DNA of 64,000 nt from an uncultured Candidatus Saccharibacteria bacterium (GTDB taxonomy: Bacteria; Patescibacteriota; Doudnabacteria; UBA920). Shown here piece after piece: positions 58,601 through 64,000 of the stretch. Positions within the stretch are counted from its first letter, which is position 1. Each line of letters opens with the position of its first letter. The stretch lies in assembly GCA_964384035.1 (NCBI GenBank), contig CAYLIB010000001.1, positions 48,532 through 112,531 of the forward strand. Reading direction: 5' to 3'. The position numbers and the translations under genes were made by a program. The notes below the pieces were generated by a model. The model searched no databases and was not told the origin of the DNA. It saw nothing but the letters and a program-made list of their open reading frames with translations.

Positions 58601-61600
58601 CAGTGGCGGAACATTAACCATGAACAACGCCAGTGGTGCACTCAATTACACAGGCTTCCAAAACACCAGTCCAGCAATTGTTGGTACGAACGGTAGTGTC
58701 ATTGCAAACGGATTCAAAACCACCAATGGCACAGTTACAACTACCGGCACTCAGGCTGGTCTAGATATCACCACCAGCACCATTACAACAGCTGGAAATC
58801 AATATGGTGTTAATGTAAACGCTGTAGGTATTGGAGCTGGTACTCTTAATGCTCTAAAAATTTCTAACATCACCGCAGGTGCAGGTACTGAAAACGCTAT
58901 TCAAATCGGTACAGGTTGGGACAAGCAAATAAATGGTAATGGTTGGAATGTGGATGGAAGTGGTAACCTAACCGTAACCTCATGTACCGGTTGTGGTGGT
59001 GGTTCAGGCTCACTAGACAGCATTACTGCGGCAACAGCGGACGACACCAACAACGACAATACCAACAAGCAAATCGCTTGGGATTGGTCTACACCAACCA
59101 CACAAACTGCATTTAAATTACAAAACACAGGAACAGGGCTTACCTCTGGCTCCATCTTCAATGTATCTTCCGCAACAACCAGCACTGTCGCAACCAACGG
59201 TATTGTTTCTTTGAATGCTTCTGGTAACTACACATCTACTTCAAATGTTGGATTACTTCAAGTCGCAGCAAACGCCACTACAGCTGGAACCGTAGCAAAG
59301 TTCAGCGGTACTGCACTTACTACTGGTACTGGAGTATTCATGCAAGGTGGTACAGCCATGACCACAGGTTCAGTACTACAATTAGCAAGTACAACCTACA
59401 ACCACGGCAACGCCACAGAAACCGGTAACCTTCTAAATATAGCTTTCACCGACGCAACCAATGGTACTGCTACCAGCACAACCAACGGTATAAACATTAC
59501 CCCAACAATAAACGTTACTACTGGTGCAAGTGGAGCTAAAACAATAAACGGCATAAAAATAAGTGCACCAACCCTAACAGCATGTACCGGCGGTTCAACT
59601 TGTACCTATGCAGGATTAAATGTAGATACTTCCGGCACACTTGCAAACACAACAATCTATTCAGCCTTATTTAGTGGTGGCAATGTGGGTATTGGCACTA
59701 CAGCCCCAACCCAAATACTCCACGTACAAAATGGCTCAGAGTTTATTAATCTTACAAGCTCCTTTACTCCAACCACTCTCGCAGGTGGGTTCGACACAAG
59801 TGGACAAAACATAAACACTGTCTTCGTTGCTGGAAAATACGCCTTCATTGGTCAATCCACCAACGCCGGCACCTGTTCCGGCACTACAGTTACCGGTTGT
59901 GAATTTAGCATTTGGGACATCCACAACCCAAACAACCCACTCGCAGTAAGCGGAGTAAACATTGCAAGTACGGTTAAGACAATATATGTTTCTGGCAAGT
60001 ACGCTGTCATTGGTCGTATAGCAGATGCTGGTACCTGTACCACCAGCACCATTACCGGTTGCGAACTTATGATCTACGACATAACCAACCCAAACAGCCC
60101 AAGCCTTCTCTCTGTAGATGGTGGCTTTAACCAAGACATTAACTCCCTGTTCATTCAAGGCAAACTTCTCTTCGTCGCCTCCAACACCGACAACTCCACT
60201 GGTACAGAACTTAAAATTTACGACCTCTCTAACCCAACTACCCTTGCAGTTATCGGTAGCATAAACACAGCAGACGCTACATCTGGTGAAGGTGCAATAA
60301 AATCTGTTTACGTTCAAGGTCGTTATATGTACTTAGGTCTTTCCTCCACAACTGGTACCGGTTGTACCTCTGGCGATGCTACTAGTTGTGACTTCAGAAT
60401 CTACGACATTAACGACCCATTTAACCCAACCTTCAAAGGTGGTACAAACCCTGGCACAGACGTAAACGCAGTTTCAGCAAACGGCAAATATGCTTACGCA
60501 GGTTTCGCTTCTGTCTCTGGAAACGACTTCCAAATCTATAACATCGCCGACCCAACCGCTCCAACAGCGACAGCAGGAAGCGATCTTTCTACCGGTGTCT
60601 TAACACTTCAAATTCAAGGAAAATACGCTTACATTGGTAAAACTTCAGCAAGCGGTAACGACTTCCAAATACTAGACATAACCGACCCAACCGCAACCCC
60701 AGTAAACGCCGGCGGTAGCGACATAACCTTCGACGTAAAATCTGTGTTCATCTCCGGAAAGTACGCATACATTGGTATTGCAAACACAGCAGACACCGCA
60801 AAAGAATTAAGAGTTCTAGATATTGCCGGAGTAGACACCCCAACCATAACAACCGGAAACGCTGGTATAGGTAACCTTCAAGTAACCGACAACGCACGCA
60901 TAGACAGCGACCTCCACGTTGCCGGTAGCATAAACGTTGGTCTTGGCGGTATCCAAAGCAGTGGCCCAATCTCCATAGAAAACACCCTCCAAGGCAACAG
61001 TAGTGGTAACGGCGTAGCTGGTATCTACGGTAACTACACCTTCAACAACACAACCAGTTCAGTCTTCCAATACGGCAACCGTTTCATTTCCAACATAACC
61101 GCAGTAGAAGACAGCAACGTAGACTCTACATACATTGGCCAACTCATCCGTATAGTAGACACCGACTGTGATACAGGTGCTACTACCCTAGACTGTGACA
61201 ACACAGTAAGAGGTCTCGAAGTCCAAAGTTGGACCGGCAACAACACCGCAGGTACCAACACCGCTATTGCCGGTTTCGGTAAAACCTTCGGTCTCCAGGG
61301 TACAACAGACGCCCTAGCCGGTGGTGTAAGCCAACCAGCCGCAGTCTTCGCAGATCTAGATAACGGTTCCGCGGCCACAGTAGGTAACGCTATCCGCGCC
61401 TATACCGACAACGCAACAAGCGCAGACTTAGTAAGCTTCTACCAAGAAACCACAGCATACACAGGAACTGGTTTACTTATGAACTTCGGTAACAATTCTG
61501 GTTCCTACTCGGGTAACTTCATTGACTTACAAAAAGCAGGCTCCAGCAAGTGGAAAATAAATTATGATGGTACAAAAATTACTCAGACCATCTCGCCAAC

Positions 61601-63047
61601 CGGTAGCATCATCGACTTCGCTTCAGCCACCAACGGCAATACTTTCATCTGGAAAGTCCCACAAAAAGCCACTACTGGTACCTGTGCCACCGCAACCGCA
61701 GAAGGTATGATCTTCCAAAATACTGGTGGTACCCAAGTCGGTCATATCTGTATCGACGGTCCTACTTCTGGTACCCCTAACAAGCTCCGCTTCTACGCAG
61801 AACAGTTCAATGCAACTTCTACTGACTTAGCAGAAAATTATAGCGATGTAGCGGGTAAACTAACCCCTGGTGATGTCGTTTCCTTCGACTTAAACCAAGA
61901 CAAAGCAATAGTCCAAGCAAACGCAGAAAATTCCGAAAACCTAGCTGGTATTATTTCTACCGCCCCTGGCCTCTTGCTCACAGACGCAAGCGAAGACGGT
62001 ACCCCAAGTGAACTCGTAAATCCAAAACCTCTCGCAATTTCCGGACGTGTTCCAGTTAAAGTTACAGACGAAAACGGAATAGTTAAAAAAGGTGACTACC
62101 TCACTCTTTCTCTTACAAAACCAGGCTTCGCAATGAAAGCTACTAAAGCAGGTACCGTACTCGGCCAAGCCATTAGCGATAGCAAAGACGGTTACGCAAC
62201 TGTATTCGTAAACCTAACCACTTGGAACGGCAAAAAGAGCGGTCTTCCTAAACAAAAGAGCCTCACAGGGGAAGTTAAAATCCCAACCGACTTACTAAAG
62301 GAGCTGTCAGAAGATAACTCAGATTACCTATCCGAAATATTCACCGACAGAGTCGTTGCAAGAGATGTAGTCTCCGACACTATTTCTACCAACACCCTCT
62401 CTGTTGCTTCACTGAAATTCATAGAAAAAGACGGTCTCTCACTCGACAACGCATTCATTATGAAGGGCGGACTCAAAGTCGACTCTATTACTTCTATTAC
62501 CGATCTAATCAAAATAAATTCCGATGTCGAATTCATTGGTACCCCATTCTTCAACAAAGACACTGCAGGTTTTGCGCGTATCATCGCTGGTACAAAAGAA
62601 ATTCGCGTTGAATTTGAAAAAGAATACTTAGTTAAGCCAATTGTTACTGCCAACCTAAGCTTCGAAAGAGACGAAAACACAAGAGAAGACGACCAGATCA
62701 AAAACGAGGAACTAGACGTCCAAGCTGCATTTAGTGGAGTACAATTTGTAATCATCAATAAAAACACCAGAGGCTTTACAATTTTACTCAACAAGAAAGC
62801 CCCTCGTGATCTTAGTTTTAGCTGGATAGCTCTCGCCGTTAAGGACGCCACAACCTATGTAAGCAAAGATCTCACAGCAGAAGAAAAAGCTCAAGAACAA
62901 GCACTCGAACAAACCCAAGATAAGCAAACAGTTAATACAAACGAGGACATCCAAACAGATACCACCCAAATAACTAATGAAAATCCAGATCAAAACGAAA
63001 AAACAAAGGTCGAAACTAAGGAGGAATCAGAAACAACAAAACAATAA
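52608..63047 (+). CDS. giant secreted surface protein (3479 aa) with duplicated modules, phage-tail-fibre-like 'VGIGT' repeats and an LVIVD-repeat beta-propeller region
   Basis: Signal peptide. More than 7 'xVGIGTxxPxxxLxV' motifs. Two about 500-aa modules are internally duplicated (…LQSAYGNDVDGSD.TISLTTADDS…). About 8 LVIVD-type blades (KYAYIGxxxxxGNDFQIxDIxDP). K/E-rich C-terminal tail. Confidence 0.8.
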   Translation: MGENKIKQLLTSVQKPGSLVLLAVLLFGSIFPQSFALPVKTAEAATGVPLQINFQGRLTLATGAVGTNVANGTYAMRFKLYDALTSGTLLWTETYDQAPVDPCQKVQVTAGVFNVKLGSCATLSGVDFTSDSLYLSVDFAPTGTSYDGEMSPRKRLVSAPYAINANNLAGNGKIDLTNTATTTTPFKLTANTLTTGSGLTLTTTTNSAANTAWTGATLTFNNAQASTAVSSGSIAGLDIQFNQNTAIAGNTETAARINVKQNDSSSTDATVASLLDLANNDTATGNQITVSDALKITGSNVTNGINLSGTFASNLITSTNFTVAQSGQITSANLGGSGTQCLQASNTGVISGTGGACGGTTTLQSAYGNDVDGSDTTISLTTADDSVIITNPSSSGTDSTFVLKVDQAASGAVDSLIVNNAGTGTLATLDASNASGNGVSIDVQSSSSSQYALKVTSNNGSTNGLYVRADGNVGIGTTSPTQKLYVAGDALIGNTGTGKLYFDDTNGWIARTAAGNTLQFSPSGNATSMSLTSSRLHVGSDPATTGYTANFFVIGANAGSGGAQQTIWFGASARGGNTGSGHNTVLSGGAGSTATTGSIGGNVNIYGGNANGTGDNNGGSIYLDGGTATGTGTAGNILLASTTGKVGIGTSSPSALLHVQKDNIGSTSTDGEALVNSTAAGVGAQQFSPRLRFTGQGWKTNATAASQTVDWAIENQPVQGAANPSTNLSFNYQINGGGYSNILTLTSGGVIGTDAVSTANASFGVINSSALRTGMKISSDDIYFTQNSSDKLRLLNGIGIRTRSDNYFGWSSGADVSSATDLFLRRNAAANLALGAVDAASPVAQTISVQNVSTGTSDTAGAALSIAGSQGTGTGVGGSILFKTAPAGSTGSSQNALTTAMTILGSGKIGIGTTTPSDLLDVNGAINSTALTISQTSPSSTNRYIIGNSNGFALRSNISYGWGSGSGDAGGSKDTGISRGAANTVYIGNGTGGDSSGTLVATNIGIGSTSPGSNLDIDRADASSITAEQILFRSNNTAQTLTDGTTITNWRNNQFLAPTINGVAGGGTETVTNAATLYVDNAPAGSNITITNPYALWVDEGAARFDRESIGTTSTDGIILQNSTAAGAGAQQYSPRIRLTGQGWKTDATAASQTVDWIMEARPVQGAANPTVNLAILAQVNGGGYTSAIAPGQILAPGGASTSQAAPQYSAINNSAYGLKIGGGNAGNAVALVGNNTSYLNIDANVNAIGIKSNATLRWGAENFGTTQVSLSSPSNDNLLLRDSSVTGPGNFIIGSTSTLPGTSGKGVLVVGLGTVPTSSPADIFQIYAADYAAGDTRAFLRTESGTAQIIGNNSIGTAPSTGTDTAGTNFSLFGGQGTGTGIGGNVVLQAAYPSTTGSTANSLTDVFTILASNKATSGTQNLVSITPTVNQSSTAAYNALLVNVTETATGSGAKNLLKLQVGGTDKFNVSNSGVITSSSLAGGGTLCLQTDNNGVISPAASACGSASTTLQSAYGNDVDGSDATISLTTADDSIIVTNPSSSGTDSTFTFKINQAASGAVDALIIDNAGTGTLGTFDASNASGNGISIDVQSSSASQYGLRVTANNGATNALWVGGDGRVGIGDVNPASLFTVGSGDLFQINTTGQIGSQQAPLSDYLFALAGTTGNDNSRIIDITQENDEVEDSTVINIVNTANAGTIASGATRNIKNIYTSLTPTITFSTTGVQASANIYGADNNVSLANVSIPNVPTSRSRTVNSYGSSSTVSAGITLNDTNGGSTITLNTYGTYGAVTASPTLTALSTSTNATYAAGYFNNTLSSAGNAFFNPGAFGIIAITNGNLTTTGGTSHTGGYFDVGGTAVNNYGIQINSVTAATNNYGLYMDSIASAASNYAIYSNAAAQSYFAGNIGIGTTVPDSQLHIGATTGSLTTSTSINISKINFASASTIAGSGAQIYGQFIDMSNITGAADTAVVASAKYLLPSQTNSTINAYNYVGATVSGGTLTMNNASGALNYTGFQNTSPAIVGTNGSVIANGFKTTNGTVTTTGTQAGLDITTSTITTAGNQYGVNVNAVGIGAGTLNALKISNITAGAGTENAIQIGTGWDKQINGNGWNVDGSGNLTVTSCTGCGGGSGSLDSITAATADDTNNDNTNKQIAWDWSTPTTQTAFKLQNTGTGLTSGSIFNVSSATTSTVATNGIVSLNASGNYTSTSNVGLLQVAANATTAGTVAKFSGTALTTGTGVFMQGGTAMTTGSVLQLASTTYNHGNATETGNLLNIAFTDATNGTATSTTNGINITPTINVTTGASGAKTINGIKISAPTLTACTGGSTCTYAGLNVDTSGTLANTTIYSALFSGGNVGIGTTAPTQILHVQNGSEFINLTSSFTPTTLAGGFDTSGQNINTVFVAGKYAFIGQSTNAGTCSGTTVTGCEFSIWDIHNPNNPLAVSGVNIASTVKTIYVSGKYAVIGRIADAGTCTTSTITGCELMIYDITNPNSPSLLSVDGGFNQDINSLFIQGKLLFVASNTDNSTGTELKIYDLSNPTTLAVIGSINTADATSGEGAIKSVYVQGRYMYLGLSSTTGTGCTSGDATSCDFRIYDINDPFNPTFKGGTNPGTDVNAVSANGKYAYAGFASVSGNDFQIYNIADPTAPTATAGSDLSTGVLTLQIQGKYAYIGKTSASGNDFQILDITDPTATPVNAGGSDITFDVKSVFISGKYAYIGIANTADTAKELRVLDIAGVDTPTITTGNAGIGNLQVTDNARIDSDLHVAGSINVGLGGIQSSGPISIENTLQGNSSGNGVAGIYGNYTFNNTTSSVFQYGNRFISNITAVEDSNVDSTYIGQLIRIVDTDCDTGATTLDCDNTVRGLEVQSWTGNNTAGTNTAIAGFGKTFGLQGTTDALAGGVSQPAAVFADLDNGSAATVGNAIRAYTDNATSADLVSFYQETTAYTGTGLLMNFGNNSGSYSGNFIDLQKAGSSKWKINYDGTKITQTISPTGSIIDFASATNGNTFIWKVPQKATTGTCATATAEGMIFQNTGGTQVGHICIDGPTSGTPNKLRFYAEQFNATSTDLAENYSDVAGKLTPGDVVSFDLNQDKAIVQANAENSENLAGIISTAPGLLLTDASEDGTPSELVNPKPLAISGRVPVKVTDENGIVKKGDYLTLSLTKPGFAMKATKAGTVLGQAISDSKDGYATVFVNLTTWNGKKSGLPKQKSLTGEVKIPTDLLKELSEDNSDYLSEIFTDRVVARDVVSDTISTNTLSVASLKFIEKDGLSLDNAFIMKGGLKVDSITSITDLIKINSDVEFIGTPFFNKDTAGFARIIAGTKEIRVEFEKEYLVKPIVTANLSFERDENTREDDQIKNEELDVQAAFSGVQFVIINKNTRGFTILLNKKAPRDLSFSWIALAVKDATTYVSKDLTAEEKAQEQALEQTQDKQTVNTNEDIQTDTTQITNENPDQNEKTKVETKEESETTKQ

Positions 63048-63063
63048 TAAAAGTAAAAAATAA

Positions 63064-63321
63064 ATGGATACAAACAAATTGAACATATTTCTAGCAGAGA
63101 TAAACGCTAATCTAGCAGCAAGTATAATGGTCCTTGCATTATCCACCGCAGTAATGGCAATTGGCCAGGAATCCATAGCCTATTCCCATTCTGCAGACCA
63201 AGAATACCAAGCATCCATAGCAAATATGAAAATTACTCGTTCTCATGCACATGTAGCAGGTATCTACACCGAAAACCCAATTTTCCCTATAAGCGGCATG
63301 CCTTCCTATCTCGCAAAATAA
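63064..63321 (+). CDS. hypothetical small protein
   Basis: 85 aa. Terminator at 63325-63350. Confidence 0.3.
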   Translation: MDTNKLNIFLAEINANLAASIMVLALSTAVMAIGQESIAYSHSADQEYQASIANMKITRSHAHVAGIYTENPIFPISGMPSYLAK

Positions 63322-63449
63322 AAAAATAACCCCTAGCGGGTTGTTTTTTTATCTTTACATAGAATCACGGAAGATATACAAAGTATATAGTCACCCTATA
63401 ATCGTCGGTCGATACGAAAATCTTTATTAATTCTAAAATTCATTACACT

Positions 63450-64000
63450 ATGACAAATAAATTACTTAAATACTCTAAATTTTTGGCCGCTGGACTCATA
63501 GCAGCTCTAGTATTTACTCTAAATTTCGCAAATTTCAACAATAACCTAAAAACACCGATCGCATCTGCCGCCGCAGTCGACTATTACCTACAAATAGACG
63601 GCATAGACGGCGAAAGCACAGATGCCCAACACAGAAATCAAATAGAAATCCTCAGTTTTTCATGGGGACAAAGTAACCCAGGTATAACCAACCAAGCTTA
63701 TGGTGCAGGATTTGGCGGTTCCGGCAAAGCAAATTTCCAAGATATCAGCTTCACATCAAGCGCCAGCAAAGCCAGTCCAAAACTAATGCTCGCCGCAGCA
63801 ACTGGCCAACACATAAAAAGCGCCAAACTTTTTGTAAGAAAAGCAGGCGAAAGACAACAAGATTTCTATAAGATCGAACTTCAAGATGTGTTAGTTAGTT
63901 CTTACCAAGCATCTGGCCAGGGAGGTAGCATCCCAACCGACAGCTTCTCCCTAAACTTCACCAAAATCCAGTTCGAATACTCGCCACAAGGCGCAGACGG
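63450..64000 (+). CDS. Hcp (T6SS tube protein)-like protein with N-terminal signal peptide; 3' end beyond window
   Basis: After 'FLAAGLIAALVFTLNFANF...ASAAA' the sequence 'YLQIDGIDGESTDAQHRNQIEILSFSWGQS...GKANFQDISFTSSASKASPKLMLAAATGQHIKSAKLFVRKAGERQQDFYKIELQDVLVSSYQ...LNFTKIQFEYSPQGADG' aligns along its length with Hcp1 (FIKIGDVKGESKDKTHAEEIDVLAWSWG...LTIRKAGGENQVEYLIITLKEVLVSS...NFAQVQVDYQPQKADG). Confidence 0.7.
   Translation, partial: MTNKLLKYSKFLAAGLIAALVFTLNFANFNNNLKTPIASAAAVDYYLQIDGIDGESTDAQHRNQIEILSFSWGQSNPGITNQAYGAGFGGSGKANFQDISFTSSASKASPKLMLAAATGQHIKSAKLFVRKAGERQQDFYKIELQDVLVSSYQASGQGGSIPTDSFSLNFTKIQFEYSPQGAD

Noticed and set aside
53087-62993. Many 60-190-aa ORFs on the minus strand inside the giant gene
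   Set aside because: They are antisense to an uninterrupted 10.4-kb ORF with strong protein-like repeat structure and are compositional artefacts. The same holds for antisense ORFs inside infB, gyrA, rpsA and PBP1A.
52608-63047. Giant protein as a prophage tail fibre or prophage remnant
   Set aside because: Tail-fibre-type repeats are present. However the protein has a Sec signal peptide and an LVIVD propeller. It is flanked by surface-protein genes and by no capsid, terminase, portal or tail genes.
63450-64000. A type VI secretion locus
   Set aside because: Only an Hcp homolog is visible and it carries a signal peptide. No TssB/C, VgrG or other core genes occur in the preceding 20 kb. Downstream sequence is not available.

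Overview
This is a 64-kb window from a low-GC bacterial genome with short genes and few metabolic genes. It resembles a reduced, monoderm-type lineage such as Patescibacteria/CPR, but that is inference only. Housekeeping genes found include rnhB, rlmH, bactofilin, infB-rbfA-nrnA, ddl, rpsA, gyrA, a PurF-like enzyme, rsmI, yebC, ruvC, tyrS, PBP1A, rpmH-rnpA-yidD-yidC-jag and a beta-class DNA methyltransferase. I found 10 tRNA genes by hand-folding the sequence, six of them in two clusters. Three families of intergenic repeats show compensatory base changes in their hairpins, which points to structured RNAs or mobile RNA elements. R1 plus a 5' module flanks tRNA-Cys and a duplicated, synonymously recoded gyrA 3' end. 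R2 units are interleaved with the tRNA-Gly/Phe/Val/Leu cluster. R3 elements have 13-nt inverted termini 'gattgcagatttt...aaaatatgcgatc' and sit immediately upstream of start codons. Other notable signals are a triplicated tRNA-Leu(UAA) 3' end with conserved terminators and a small high-GC island of about 58-62% between gyrA and tRNA-Ile(UAU). The right third, 42-64 kb, is a cell-surface island. It encodes a dockerin-bearing protein next to a cohesin-like membrane-anchored protein, three CscA/DUF916-like anchored proteins alternating with paralogous secreted beta-rich proteins (two share a 565-nt identical 3' half), an excisionase-type HTH gene, a 3479-aa giant protein with phage-tail-fibre-like 'VGIGT' repeats and LVIVD-type repeats, and an Hcp (T6SS tube)-like protein that unusually carries an N-terminal signal peptide. 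No rRNA, CRISPR array, transposase or integrase gene was found.
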